Source of the DNA: Mycolicibacterium smegmatis
GTDB taxonomy: Bacteria; Actinomycetota; Actinomycetes; Mycobacteriales; Mycobacteriaceae
NCBI RefSeq assembly: GCF_001457595.1
Contig: NZ_LN831039.1
Span: forward strand, 4,620,001-4,652,000
DNA length: 32,000 nucleotides
Direction: 5' to 3'
This document shows, piece by piece, positions 16,560-26,690 of this stretch; positions within the stretch are counted from its first letter, which is position 1, and each line of letters starts with the position of its first letter. The position numbers were made by a program, and so were the translations under genes. A model generated the notes under the pieces. It was given only the letters and a program-made list of their open reading frames with translations, was not told where the DNA came from and did not search any database.

Positions 16560-17894
16560 TCACGACACCGACCTCTGCGGGATGTCCAGGCCCAGATGCG
16601 CACGCAGCGTCGTACCGGTGTACTCGTGGCGGAACAGCCCACGCTTGCGCAGCACCGGCACCACCTGTTCGACGAAGAGTTCGTGCTGGCCCGGCAATCC
16701 GGAATCGCGCAGGACGAACCCGTCGGCGGCCCCGGTGGTGAACCACTCCTCGATGGTGTCGGCGATGCGTTCGGGTGTTCCCACAACCGCGGCACCCCAC
16801 CCGTTCACCGTGCGGTACAGGAACTCCCGCACCGTCGGGTTGCCCTCGCTCGCCAGATGGCGGTAGCCCGCGAGAGCGGTCTGATGGGTTTCGGTGTGCT
16901 CGGGGAACGCCGAGTCCGGGACCGGACCGTCCAGGTCGGCGCCGGTGACATCGACGTCGACCTCCAACAACCATCCGGCCTGGTACCCGGGGCTGAAGTA
17001 TTCGTACTCCTCGCACTCGGCACGACGGGCTTCCTCGTCGGTCGAACCGACGATGTAGCGCAGCGACGGTGTGATCAGCGGTGGCGCGCCACGTCCGAAT
17101 TGCCGTGACTGCTCGTGGATCTGGCCGTAGAACGTCTGTGCGCGCTCGCGGTTGCCGTGGCTGGTGAAGATCACCTCGGCGTGCCTGGCAGCGAAAGCGC
17201 GTCCGGTTTCGGAGGATCCGGCCTGGAAGAGCACCGGCTGCCCCTGCGCTGAACGCGCCGCGCCGATCGGGCCTGCGACGTCGAAGTAGCGTCCGTGATG
17301 GTTGGCCGGCCGGATCCGGCCGACATCGTTGAAGATTCCCGCCGGGCGGTCCTCGACGATGGTGTCCTCACCCCATTCGTCCCACAGCTTGCGGACCACC
17401 TCGAGTGCTTCCTCGGCGATGGCGTAGCGATCGTCGTGGTCGATCACGCCGCGCGCACTGAAATTGTCCGCCGCTGCCCGCGCGAAGCTGGTCACCAGGT
17501 TCCAGCCGGCCCGGCCACCGCTGAGGTGATCGAGCGAGAGAAGCTGGCGCGCCAGGTGATACGGGTGCGCCAGCGTCGCCGATCCCGTCACGACGAGACC
17601 GATGTGCTCGGTCACCGACGACAGCGCCGCAGTGGCGGTGAGCGGTTCGAAGTCCTCGGTGATCTTGTACGCCCACGTCGCAGGCGGGCCATAGTTCAAG
17701 CCGTCGGCGAAGAACAACGCGTCGAAGGTTCCGGCCTCGGCGGTCTGCGCGTAAGCGATCAGCCGGCGTCGCACCCCCGCAGGCGTGTTGTCGGCGGCGG
17801 GATGGCGCCACGGACCGGCTGACCGGGTGTTGCCAAAGGCCAGCAGATGAAGCTCTCTGGTCACTCCCGCGAAGTTACGGCTCACGAATGCCAC
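16560..17894 (-). CDS. FMN-dependent luciferase-like monooxygenase (NtaA/SnaA/DmoA family), second copy
   Basis: GTFDALFFADGLNYGPP...LDHLSGGRAGWNLVTSFARAAADNFS; start may be internal (for example 17864). Confidence 0.88.
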   Translation of the reverse strand: MAFVSRNFAGVTRELHLLAFGNTRSAGPWRHPAADNTPAGVRRRLIAYAQTAEAGTFDALFFADGLNYGPPATWAYKITEDFEPLTATAALSSVTEHIGLVVTGSATLAHPYHLARQLLSLDHLSGGRAGWNLVTSFARAAADNFSARGVIDHDDRYAIAEEALEVVRKLWDEWGEDTIVEDRPAGIFNDVGRIRPANHHGRYFDVAGPIGAARSAQGQPVLFQAGSSETGRAFAARHAEVIFTSHGNRERAQTFYGQIHEQSRQFGRGAPPLITPSLRYIVGSTDEEARRAECEEYEYFSPGYQAGWLLEVDVDVTGADLDGPVPDSAFPEHTETHQTALAGYRHLASEGNPTVREFLYRTVNGWGAAVVGTPERIADTIEEWFTTGAADGFVLRDSGLPGQHELFVEQVVPVLRKRGLFRHEYTGTTLRAHLGLDIPQRSVS

Positions 17895-17965
17895 AGCCCA
17901 GGTTTGTGCTCAGCGCGAGGCAATCCCGTCACCGCACCTTCTCCCGACAGTCGATCGGCCATACG

Positions 17966-18472
17966 ATGACGGGCGTGAGCACCGCAGAGCCCCACCGCAC
18001 CGACACCACCCCTGCCCTGTCCCCCGTCGCCGCGAACCTCGAAGCGGTCGCCGAGAAGCTGGGCGTCAAGTCCGTCCTGGTGATGCGTTCCGAACCGGAC
18101 TCCATGGTGGTCGCGGCAACCGCGGGCGAGGCGACCAAGCACTACACCGTCGGCGCCGCCGGAAGGAAGGCCGGTTCCGACGCCGGGCGGGTTCCGTTGT
18201 ACTGCGAGCGTGTCGTCGCGTCCGACGAGACCCTGTTCGTGCGGGACTCACGCCAGGACAACACCTTCGCCGGCAACGAGGACGAGACCGAGTTCGGGCT
18301 GAGCAACTACCTGGGGCTCGCCGTTCACGACGGTTCCGGCAACGTTGTGGGCACCGTATGCGTGCTCGACGACACCGCACGGGACTATTCCGACGACGAC
18401 CGCAGGGAGCTCGAGGAGCTACGCGCGCAGGTCGAGCAGATCGTCGCGCGCGACGACACGGCCCTGGGCTGA
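17966..18472 (+). CDS. GAF-domain protein
   Basis: LEAVAEKLGVKSVLVMRSEPDSMVVAATAG...VPLYCERVVASDETLFVRDSR...NYLGLAVHDGSGNVVGTVCVLDDTARDYS. Confidence 0.8.
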   Translation: MTGVSTAEPHRTDTTPALSPVAANLEAVAEKLGVKSVLVMRSEPDSMVVAATAGEATKHYTVGAAGRKAGSDAGRVPLYCERVVASDETLFVRDSRQDNTFAGNEDETEFGLSNYLGLAVHDGSGNVVGTVCVLDDTARDYSDDDRRELEELRAQVEQIVARDDTALG

Positions 18473-18489
18473 ATACGGCCTGAACTCAG

Positions 18490-19194
18490 CTACTCGATGT
18501 TGGCCACGATCTGGTCGACGATCTCGCTCGCCTGATCTTCGACGCCCTCGCCGCAGGCCCACGCCTCGGCGACGAGATTGGCCGCCACCGACAGTGCGTG
18601 GTGACAGCCGCCGCGCACCGCGGTGTCGGGTACCGACAATTGGCTGATCGTGGACTCCTCCGCGGTGACCTCGCCGACCACCCACTCCAGCGGCATCTGG
18701 TCGATGTCGTAGGTGGTGAGGGTTCCCACGCACCCACGCCAGGTTTCGCGTGACTGGTCGAAGAAGTCGCGCGCATGCAGATCTGACGTGAACAACACGA
18801 CGACCTGCTCGATCCAGTGCGGACTGAACGAGCCGGGTTCACGCACGATCTGGTCGCGCACCGCGGTCCATCCGGTGCCCGCATAGACCCGCTCCTGTGC
18901 ACCGAAAGCCGCTGCGAGGCAATCGGGATCGTCCATCGCCGCCGAGCTGTCGTTGAACTGGTCGAGTTCGACGGTCACGGTCAGGTCGTCGGAGCCGACG
19001 ATGTCGCCCAGCTCGCTGACCGGCAGCAACAGGTTGTCGAGATCCACCTCGGTCACCGCGGCCCCGGGCGGCGGTGCCGCCGGGTCCCGCGTCGCCGTCC
19101 CACCGACGACGGTGACGCACCCGGACAGCAGACACATGACCGCCGCGGCGGCACACGCGGTGCACAGCCGGGTCCATCGCCGCCCGGGCGTCAT
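18490..19194 (-). CDS. Lipoprotein with PknH-like extracellular (sensor) domain
   Basis: Lipobox CLLSGC; WRGCVGTLTTYDIDQMPLEWVVGEV and paired Cys in C-terminal half. Confidence 0.75.
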   Translation of the reverse strand: MTPGRRWTRLCTACAAAAVMCLLSGCVTVVGGTATRDPAAPPPGAAVTEVDLDNLLLPVSELGDIVGSDDLTVTVELDQFNDSSAAMDDPDCLAAAFGAQERVYAGTGWTAVRDQIVREPGSFSPHWIEQVVVLFTSDLHARDFFDQSRETWRGCVGTLTTYDIDQMPLEWVVGEVTAEESTISQLSVPDTAVRGGCHHALSVAANLVAEAWACGEGVEDQASEIVDQIVANIE

Positions 19195-19222
19195 GATTCA
19201 TTGTCGCTCGCCGCGCGACTTT

Positions 19223-19996
19223 TCAGGTCAGATCGCTGATCTCGTCCATGACCAGGTGCGCGATGTCGATCGCCACCGCGTCGACATCGGTGTTGCCCCT
19301 CGGACGGCTCTCCGGCTCGCTGTAGTACGCCACATCCACCTCGACGAGGCAGTTGGCCCGCACGCCGAGCGCACGGGCCACGGGAGTGATCAGGCTGTCG
19401 AGGGTATGGCCGAACTCGACGGTGGCCGCGACGACCGCATTCTCGATCCGCACATCGGTCACGTGATCGGTGAAGAATCCGCCCCGAACCGGTTCCTTGA
19501 CGATCGTGACGGTGGTGCCGTCGCAGTCCTGCCACTGCTCGGCGAACGTGTCGAAGAGCTTGTTGGCACTCGCGACGCTGTCGAGAGCCACCACGCCGAC
19601 GTTTGCGGCGAGCACCGCGCCGCCGTCCTCGTCGCCGTCGAACCCCTCGCTGACCACCTCGGTGACATCGGCGGACTCGTACACGCTGCGCTGCATGGCG
19701 CTCGTCGTGCCGACGCAATCATGCGGCGTCGCATCGCTTTCCGTCGCCAGCCCGTCGGGCATGTCCTCGATGCCACCCGATACGGCGCGGCGCCCGCCGA
19801 TGTCCTCGACCATGCGCTGATCCAGGATCTCCGAGAGTTCGTCGACGCCGGGCAACACCCTCGCGATGTCGGCTCCGCGCAGCGGCCGTGGCGCCAGATC
19901 CGCGGCCGGTTGCATCGACCCGTCGACGATCCTGGTGCAGCCCACCACCAGCACCAGGGACGCAGCCACCACCGACCACTTGGCGATCGTCGTCAT
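19223..19996 (-). CDS. lppR: Lipoprotein with PknH-like extracellular domain (LppR-like)
   Basis: Lipobox LVLVVGC; WQDCDGTTVTIV; adjacent to lepA as Mtb lppR is. Confidence 0.7.
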   Translation of the reverse strand: MTTIAKWSVVAASLVLVVGCTRIVDGSMQPAADLAPRPLRGADIARVLPGVDELSEILDQRMVEDIGGRRAVSGGIEDMPDGLATESDATPHDCVGTTSAMQRSVYESADVTEVVSEGFDGDEDGGAVLAANVGVVALDSVASANKLFDTFAEQWQDCDGTTVTIVKEPVRGGFFTDHVTDVRIENAVVAATVEFGHTLDSLITPVARALGVRANCLVEVDVAYYSEPESRPRGNTDVDAVAIDIAHLVMDEISDLT

Positions 19997-20094
19997 CAGC
20001 AACCACCCCCCGCAGTGCATACCTTCTCATGACCCTACTACGGGTCACACGTCAGCAAACGTGCGAAACGTGGCAGCCGTTCAGGCGGTGCGGG

Positions 20095-21990
20095 CTACTT
20101 CTTGGGCTTGTCGCCCGCCGCGTCGGTGGACAGCGCCGCGACGAATGCCTCCTGCGGCACGTCGACCCGGCCGATCGTCTTCATGCGCTTCTTGCCCTCT
20201 TTCTGCTTCTCGAGCAGCTTGCGCTTACGGGTGATGTCACCGCCGTAGCACTTCGAGAGCACGTCCTTGCGGATGGCCCGGATGTTTTCGCGCGCAATGA
20301 TTCTCGAGCCGATCGCGGCCTGCACCGGGACCTCGAACTGCTGTCGCGGGATCAGTTCTTTGAGCTTGGAGGTCATCTTGTTGCCGTAGGCCGACGCACC
20401 GTCCTTGTGGACGATAGCCGAGAACGCGTCGACGGCCTCGCCCTGCAGCAGGATGTCGACCTTGACCAGATCGGCCTCCTGCTCACCGGCCTCCTCGTAG
20501 TCGAGGCTCGCGTAGCCGCGGGTGCGGGACTTCAGCGAGTCGAAGAAGTCGAAGATGATCTCGCCCAACGGCATGATGTAGCGCAGTTCGACACGCTCGG
20601 GCGACAGGTAGTCCATGCCCTGCAGTTCGCCGCGACGGGACTGGCACAGCTCCATGATGGTGCCGATGAACTCGCTGGGCGCGATGATCGTGGTCTTCAC
20701 GACGGGCTCGAACACCGTGCGGATCTTGCCTTCCGGCCAGTCCGACGGGTTCGTCACGACCTTCTCGGAACCGTCGTCCTGCACGACGCGGTACACCACG
20801 TTGGGTGAGGTGGAGATCAGGTCCAGGCCGAACTCGCGCTCCAGGCGTTCACGGGTGATCTCCATGTGCAGCAGTCCGAGGAAGCCGCAGCGGAACCCGA
20901 AGCCCAGGGCCACCGAGGTCTCCGGCTCATACGTCAGTGCGGCGTCGTTGAGTTGCAGCTTGTCCAGCGCGTCACGCAGATCCGGGTAGTCCGAACCGTC
21001 GACGGGATACAGGCCCGAGTACACCATCGGCTTGGGCTCGCGATAACCCGTGAGCGCCTCGGTCGCGCCCTTGCGCGCCGTGGTCACCGTGTCACCGACC
21101 TTCGACTGGCGGACGTCCTTCACACCCGTGATCAGGTAACCGACCTCACCGACGCCCAGGCCCGCACTGGCCTTCGGTTCCGGTGAGACGATGCCGACCT
21201 CGTGCAGTTCATGGGTGGCGCCGGTGGACATCATCGCGATGCGTTCGCGCGGCACGATCTTGCCGTCGACCACACGGACGTAGGTCACCACGCCGCGGTA
21301 GATGTCGTACACGGAGTCGAAGATCATCGCGCGCGTCGGGGCGTCGGGGTCACCGACCGGCGGCGGCACCTTACGCACCACCTCGTCGAGCAGCTCGGCC
21401 ACGCCTTCGCCGGTCTTGCCCGAGACACGCAGCACGTCCGACGGCTCACACCCGATGATGTGGGCGAGCTCGTCGGCATAGCGGTCCGGGTCAGCGGCGG
21501 GCAGGTCGATCTTGTTGAGCACCGGGATGATCGCCAGGTCGCGGTCCAGCGCCAGGTACAGGTTGGCCAGCGTCTGCGCCTCGATGCCCTGCGCCGCGTC
21601 GACCAGCAGCACCGCGCCCTCGCAGGCCTCCAGCGCGCGCGACACCTCGTAGGTGAAGTCGACGTGGCCCGGGGTGTCGATCAGGTGCAGCACGTAATCA
21701 CCCGCGTCCGCGCCGTCTTGGCCGTCCTTCAGCGTCCACGGAAGCCGGACGTTCTGAGCCTTGATGGTGATCCCGCGCTCACGTTCGATGTCCATGCGGT
21801 CGAGGTACTGGGCCCGCATCGACCGCTCATCGACAACACCGGTGAGCTGCAGCATCCGGTCGGCCAGCGTCGACTTGCCGTGGTCGATGTGGGCGATGAT
21901 GCAGAAGTTCCGAATCTGCGCCGGCGCAGTGAACGTCTTGTCGGCGAAGCTGCTGATGGGAATCTCCTGGTGAGCGTGGGTCAAGCGCAC
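20095..21990 (-). CDS. lepA: Elongation factor 4 (LepA)
   Basis: [42 protein letters not shown]; complete GTPase and C-terminal domains. Confidence 0.98.
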   Translation of the reverse strand: MRLTHAHQEIPISSFADKTFTAPAQIRNFCIIAHIDHGKSTLADRMLQLTGVVDERSMRAQYLDRMDIERERGITIKAQNVRLPWTLKDGQDGADAGDYVLHLIDTPGHVDFTYEVSRALEACEGAVLLVDAAQGIEAQTLANLYLALDRDLAIIPVLNKIDLPAADPDRYADELAHIIGCEPSDVLRVSGKTGEGVAELLDEVVRKVPPPVGDPDAPTRAMIFDSVYDIYRGVVTYVRVVDGKIVPRERIAMMSTGATHELHEVGIVSPEPKASAGLGVGEVGYLITGVKDVRQSKVGDTVTTARKGATEALTGYREPKPMVYSGLYPVDGSDYPDLRDALDKLQLNDAALTYEPETSVALGFGFRCGFLGLLHMEITRERLEREFGLDLISTSPNVVYRVVQDDGSEKVVTNPSDWPEGKIRTVFEPVVKTTIIAPSEFIGTIMELCQSRRGELQGMDYLSPERVELRYIMPLGEIIFDFFDSLKSRTRGYASLDYEEAGEQEADLVKVDILLQGEAVDAFSAIVHKDGASAYGNKMTSKLKELIPRQQFEVPVQAAIGSRIIARENIRAIRKDVLSKCYGGDITRKRKLLEKQKEGKKRMKTIGRVDVPQEAFVAALSTDAAGDKPKK

Positions 21991-22069
21991 GTGTTGTGCG
22001 CTTCCAGGGTATCGAGCGCGACCCGTTGCGACACAATCGCCGGGTCTGCCGCTGGCATATGCTCGATTC

Positions 22070-22705
22070 ATGGTGTCGCAGTGGAAGACGTTCCAGCGAG
22101 TTCTGAAGGGCACCGAGAACCTGGTCTTCAACGAGGCGCCCAAGTTCGTGCGCCAGCTACAGAAGTCCGACAACGTGCCCCGGACCGTGCAACAGGGCAT
22201 CCAGCAGGGCATTCAGCAGGGCCTACGGCTCGGGATCGATGTGCTGGCCAGCGGCCTCGCCGGCGCCACGGCGAACAACGCACCCGCAATCACCGCGGGG
22301 CGCCCGGTGTCCAAACACGCCGTCCCGACCGCGCACCGCGCCCGCAAGGTCGTGTACTCCCCTGACCTCGACGGCCGCGCGGATCCGGGCGAGATCGTAT
22401 GGACGTGGGTGGTCTACGAGGACGACCCCACCAAGGGCAAGGACCGCCCGGTGCTGGTGGTGGGACGCGACCACCGCACCCTGCTGGGGCTCATGCTCTC
22501 CAGCCAGGAGCACCGCAGCGACGATCCGAACTGGGTCGGCATCGGCACCGGCACCTGGGACTACGACGGCAGGCCCAGCTGGGTGCGCCTCGACCGCGTG
22601 CTCGACGTGCCCGAGGAGGGCATCCGCCGCGAGGGCGCGATCCTGGACCGCGTGCGGTTCGAGGTGGTCGCCGAGCGCCTGCGCGCCGAATACTCCTGGA
22701 GCTAG
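22070..22705 (+). CDS. PemK/MazF-like domain protein with N-terminal extension
   Basis: [39 protein letters not shown]...[19 protein letters not shown]; 211 aa. Confidence 0.75.
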   Translation: MVSQWKTFQRVLKGTENLVFNEAPKFVRQLQKSDNVPRTVQQGIQQGIQQGLRLGIDVLASGLAGATANNAPAITAGRPVSKHAVPTAHRARKVVYSPDLDGRADPGEIVWTWVVYEDDPTKGKDRPVLVVGRDHRTLLGLMLSSQEHRSDDPNWVGIGTGTWDYDGRPSWVRLDRVLDVPEEGIRREGAILDRVRFEVVAERLRAEYSWS

Positions 22706-23475
22706 CGCCCGCCGGTTCTGCCGCCTGGACGGAACCGCACGTAGGGCCCGGCGGAGTCGCGGGTGATCTCACACCGCACGCCGTAGACGTCGGCGACGAG
22801 TTGCTCGGTGAGCACATCCGCCGGGGGTCCTGACGCCACGACCCCGCCCGCCGACAGCACCACGACGTGGTCGCAGAACATCGCGGCGAGGTTCAGGTCG
22901 TGGAGCGCGACGACGACGGTGATGTCGAGCTCGCGGATCAGCGCCAGGATCTCCAGCTGGTGGGCGATGTCGAGATGGTTCGTCGGCTCGTCGAGCAGCA
23001 GTTCCGTGGGTTGCTGCGCGAGCGCGCGGGCGATCTGCACCCGCTGACGCTCGCCTCCGGAAAGGGTGTGCCACAGCCGGTTCTGCATACCGAGCAGGCC
23101 CGTGACCGCGAGCGCGTCCCGCACGGCCGATGCCCCGTCCCCGTCGCCGCCGAACATCGTCGTGTACGGGATGCGACCGAGTCGCACCACGTCCCCGACC
23201 GTGATGTTCAGATCCGTCTCGGCGTGCTGGCCCACGAGCGCGACGCGTCGCGCGAGTGCACGGCGCGGCATCGCGGTCACCGGTCGCCCGTCGAGTTCGA
23301 CGCGCCCGGCGTCGGGTCGGTCGAGCCCGGCCAGCAGACGCAGCAGCGACGACTTTCCTGACCCGTTTGGGCCGAGAACGCCCACGGTGCTGCCCGGCTG
23401 GAAAGCCACGGTGACATCCGCGAGCACGAGCCGGCCCGAGCGCAACCACCGCACGTCGTCGGCGCGCAAGCTCAT
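22702..23475 (-). CDS. ABC transporter ATP-binding protein (FecE/BtuD-like)
   Basis: VGVLGPNGSGKSSLLRLLAGL, LSGGERQRVQIARAL, LLLDEPTNHLDI. Confidence 0.92.
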   Translation of the reverse strand: MSLRADDVRWLRSGRLVLADVTVAFQPGSTVGVLGPNGSGKSSLLRLLAGLDRPDAGRVELDGRPVTAMPRRALARRVALVGQHAETDLNITVGDVVRLGRIPYTTMFGGDGDGASAVRDALAVTGLLGMQNRLWHTLSGGERQRVQIARALAQQPTELLLDEPTNHLDIAHQLEILALIRELDITVVVALHDLNLAAMFCDHVVVLSAGGVVASGPPADVLTEQLVADVYGVRCEITRDSAGPYVRFRPGGRTGGR

Positions 23476-24497
23476 CGCGCACCGGCCCTTCTGCGCAGCA
23501 GGATCATTGCGAACGCGGGCACGCCGAGCAGTGCGGTGACCACACCCGTGGGCAATTCCTGCGGCGCGAACACGGTGCGGGCCAGCGTATCCACCCACAC
23601 CATGAAGACGGCGCCGAGCAGCGCGACCGTCGGCAGCAACCGCCGATGGTCGGGACCGACCACGAACCGTGCCGCGTGGGGCAGCACCAGGCCGACGAAC
23701 CCGATCGCTCCTGCCGCGCTGACCAGCGCGGCCGTCATCAACGCGGTGACCACCATCAGCACCAGGCGCGCCCGCAGCACCGATACACCGAGTGTGGCGG
23801 CAGCGTCGTGACCGAACGCGAACGCGTCGAGCGTCCTGGCATGGAACACGCACACCGCGAGCCCTCCGCACACCACCAGGCCGCATGTCACGACGTCGCT
23901 CCACGCGACCCCCGCGAGGGATCCCAGCAGCCAGAACAACACCCCCCTGGTCTGCTCGGCATCAGCAGAAGACAACACGATGAAAGACGTCAAAGCCGAG
24001 AAGAGTTGCGTCCCAGCCACTCCCGCGAGCACCACCTTGTCGGTGCCGCCACCCGATGCGTAGGCCAGCACCAACACGACCGAGAAGGCGAACACCGCAC
24101 CGACGAACGCACCCCCGGACAAGGTGAGCGCTCCGCCCCCGACCCCGAGCACCGCGACCAGCACCGCCCCGGTCGACGCACCGGACGACACCCCGAGGAC
24201 GAAAGGGTCGGCGAGCGGATTACGCAGCAACGACTGCAGGATCGCCCCGCACAGCGCCAATCCGCTTCCGCATGCGGCGGCCAGCAACACCCGCGGCAGC
24301 CGAAGCTCCCACACGATGCCGTCCTGCAGACGCGTCGCCCCTGACGGCCCAGCGCCGAGATGCTCGCCGATGATGCGGTACACGTCCGAAACCGACAGCG
24401 CTGCAGGCCCGATGGTCACAGCCAGCGCGGACGACGCGACGAGCAGGACCATCGCCGCGCTCCAGACCCCAACCAGCGAGCGGGTACGCACGATCAC
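23472..24497 (-). CDS. FecCD-family ABC permease (BtuC-like)
   Basis: LRLPRVLLAAACGSGLALCGAILQSLLRNPLADPFVLGVSSGA; overlaps neighbours at both ends. Confidence 0.92.
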   Translation of the reverse strand: MIVRTRSLVGVWSAAMVLLVASSALAVTIGPAALSVSDVYRIIGEHLGAGPSGATRLQDGIVWELRLPRVLLAAACGSGLALCGAILQSLLRNPLADPFVLGVSSGASTGAVLVAVLGVGGGALTLSGGAFVGAVFAFSVVLVLAYASGGGTDKVVLAGVAGTQLFSALTSFIVLSSADAEQTRGVLFWLLGSLAGVAWSDVVTCGLVVCGGLAVCVFHARTLDAFAFGHDAAATLGVSVLRARLVLMVVTALMTAALVSAAGAIGFVGLVLPHAARFVVGPDHRRLLPTVALLGAVFMVWVDTLARTVFAPQELPTGVVTALLGVPAFAMILLRRRAGAR

Positions 24498-25513
24498 CGG
24501 TCCGACGCCAACCCCAGCTCGCGCAGCCCGCGCGCCACCTTCTCGACCCCGTCGACCGTGCGGATCGACGGATTGAGATCGGCGCCGTTGACCACGATGT
24601 ACCGACGCTGCTGCACCGCGGTGAGCCGCCGCGTCACCGGATTCGACTCCAGGAACGCGATTTTGGTTTGCAGGGAGTCGCCTTCGATGGTTCTGCGGCT
24701 CAGATCCGCCAGTACCAGGACGTCCGGATCTCGCTCGGCGACGCTCTCCCAACTGACCTGCGGCCACTCGTCGGTCGTGTCATCGAACACGTTGCGCGCC
24801 CCGACCGCATCGGCGATGACGCCCGAAGCTCCGCAACACCCCGCGAAGTACGGGGCGCGGACATCGGAGAACCAGAACGCCATGTCCACGTCGGTACGTG
24901 TGCCCGACACCGAGTCCATCCGGCGCCGCAGGTCCCCGACGAGTTCCGCACCGCGCTCGTGGACGTCGAAAATAGCCGCCAGGTCGGTGATCTCGGTGTA
25001 GATGGCATCCATCGTGAACGGTTCGGTGCGCGCACCGTCGCCGTTGACCGAGGTCTTGCCCTCACAGTCGCTCGGCGCGAGGTACGTGGGGACGCCGAGT
25101 GCTTCGAACCGGTTGCGGTCGGCGACCCCGCCCGGGCCCAGCGTGCCACCGAACGACGCCGACACGAAGTCCGGTTCGGCGTCGAGCACGGTCTCCAACG
25201 ACGGTTTGTTCACTGCGAGCACCGGCACCCGCGCATTGTCCTCGGCGAGGTCATCGCGCACCGGGTCGGTCCACGTCGCGGTGCCGACCATGCGATCGGC
25301 CAATCCGAGCGACAGCATCACCTCCGTGGAGCCCTGGTTGAGCGATACCGCCCGCCGAGGTGAGGCGTCGACCACCACCTGCCTGCCGCAGTTGTCCACG
25401 GTCACCGGGTATCCGTGCGCGCCGGCCGAGACCGCCACCGGCGCCGCGGGTCGACCGCAACCCGCCGTGACGACGACGAGGACCGCTGCGCCGGCACACA
25501 GTCGGCGGATCAT
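24494..25513 (-). CDS. Substrate-binding lipoprotein, FecB/BtuF-like (copy 2)
   Basis: VTAGCGRP lipobox; SPRRAVSLNQGSTEVMLSLGLADRMVGTATW; 339 aa. Confidence 0.9.
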   Translation of the reverse strand: MIRRLCAGAAVLVVVTAGCGRPAAPVAVSAGAHGYPVTVDNCGRQVVVDASPRRAVSLNQGSTEVMLSLGLADRMVGTATWTDPVRDDLAEDNARVPVLAVNKPSLETVLDAEPDFVSASFGGTLGPGGVADRNRFEALGVPTYLAPSDCEGKTSVNGDGARTEPFTMDAIYTEITDLAAIFDVHERGAELVGDLRRRMDSVSGTRTDVDMAFWFSDVRAPYFAGCCGASGVIADAVGARNVFDDTTDEWPQVSWESVAERDPDVLVLADLSRRTIEGDSLQTKIAFLESNPVTRRLTAVQQRRYIVVNGADLNPSIRTVDGVEKVARGLRELGLASDR

Positions 25514-26532
25514 GAGACGAGACCGAACGATTCGAGGCCCGCGGCCATCTTTTCGACCGCCTGCACCTGACGGATCCCTGGATCGAGTTCGGATCCGGTG
25601 AGCACCACGTACCGTTTGTTGCGCACCGCGGTCATGTGGCGGGTCACCGGATTGGATTCCAGGAAACCGATCTTGGCGTCCAGGGCGTCACCGTCGATGC
25701 GCCTGCGGTTGAGGTCGGCCAGCACCAACACGTCGGGATCGCGGGCTGCGACCGCCTCCCAGCTGACCTCCGGCCAGTCTTCCGATGCGTCGGCGAAGAC
25801 GTTGGCAAGGCCAAGTGCGGCGGTGTACAGGCCTGGGGCCGAACAGCATCCGGCCATGGATGGCGTCCGCAGCCCGGAGAACCAGTACGCCACGGTGGTG
25901 CCCGGCTTCGGTTCGAGCGAGGCCTCGGACAGGCGACGCTGCAAATCATCCACCAACCGCGCGCCACGTTCGGGCACATCGAACATCCGCGCCAACTGGT
26001 TGATCTCGTCGAACAGCGTGTCGAAGGTCAGCGGTTCGGTGCGGGTGACCGTCTCGCCGTCCACCTCGGCCCCGGTGCACACCGACGGTGACTGGTACGT
26101 GGCCACTCCGAGTTGCCCGAGCCTGGCGCGTTCGGCGACCACCGCGGGTGTGAATGTGTGCGCGCTCGCCGAGGTCACCAGATCCGGTTCGGCGGCAAGT
26201 ACGGTCTCCAGCGACGGATCGTTGTCGGCGAGCCGCGGGACGCTTGCATTGTCCTCGGCCAGCGCGGGCAGCACGGGATCGAACCACGTCGAGGTGCCCA
26301 CCATCCGGTCGGCGAGCCCCAGGGACAGCAGGATCTCCGTCGACGCCTGGTACAACGACACCACCCGTTGCGGTGGACGGTCGATCGTGACGGTGACACC
26401 GCAGTTCTCGAACGTCAGCGGGTAGTTCGTCGTCTCCTCGTGGGGCGACGGTTCGGTACCGCGCGCCGAACATCCCGAAAGCGCGCAGATCGCCAGCGGT
26501 AACAGGGTCAGAAGTGCGGTGATCGCACGCAT
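25510..26532 (-). CDS. Substrate-binding lipoprotein, FecB/BtuF-like (copy 1)
   Basis: LSGCSARG lipobox; PPQRVVSLYQASTEILLSLGLADRMVGTSTW; 340 aa; 4-bp overlap with copy 2. Confidence 0.9.
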   Translation of the reverse strand: MRAITALLTLLPLAICALSGCSARGTEPSPHEETTNYPLTFENCGVTVTIDRPPQRVVSLYQASTEILLSLGLADRMVGTSTWFDPVLPALAEDNASVPRLADNDPSLETVLAAEPDLVTSASAHTFTPAVVAERARLGQLGVATYQSPSVCTGAEVDGETVTRTEPLTFDTLFDEINQLARMFDVPERGARLVDDLQRRLSEASLEPKPGTTVAYWFSGLRTPSMAGCCSAPGLYTAALGLANVFADASEDWPEVSWEAVAARDPDVLVLADLNRRRIDGDALDAKIGFLESNPVTRHMTAVRNKRYVVLTGSELDPGIRQVQAVEKMAAGLESFGLVS

Positions 26533-26569
26533 CAGCCGATTCCTTCGATGCAGGGCCCAGTCGCGGAGC

Positions 26570-26690
26570 CGTCGACAGTAGATCCGGCCACAGGTGATCG
26601 GACTCGAGGCGGCAGCCTCTCACCGTTGCGCGTCAGTTCCGGATTCGCACCGGATTCCCCTGAGGTCGGCCTTCCGCACTGTAACAGCAG
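26570..26690 (-). promoter_or_regulatory. Cobalamin riboswitch
   Basis: Minus-strand GGGGAATCCGGTGCGAATCCGGAACTGACGCGCAACGGTGAGAGG...GAGTCCGATCACCTG matches the conserved B12-box core; located in the leader of the binding protein/permease/ATPase operon. Confidence 0.88.

Noticed and set aside
19888-20808. 306-aa plus ORF spanning the lppR-like/lepA junction
   Set aside because: Antisense to lepA; no recognisable domain.
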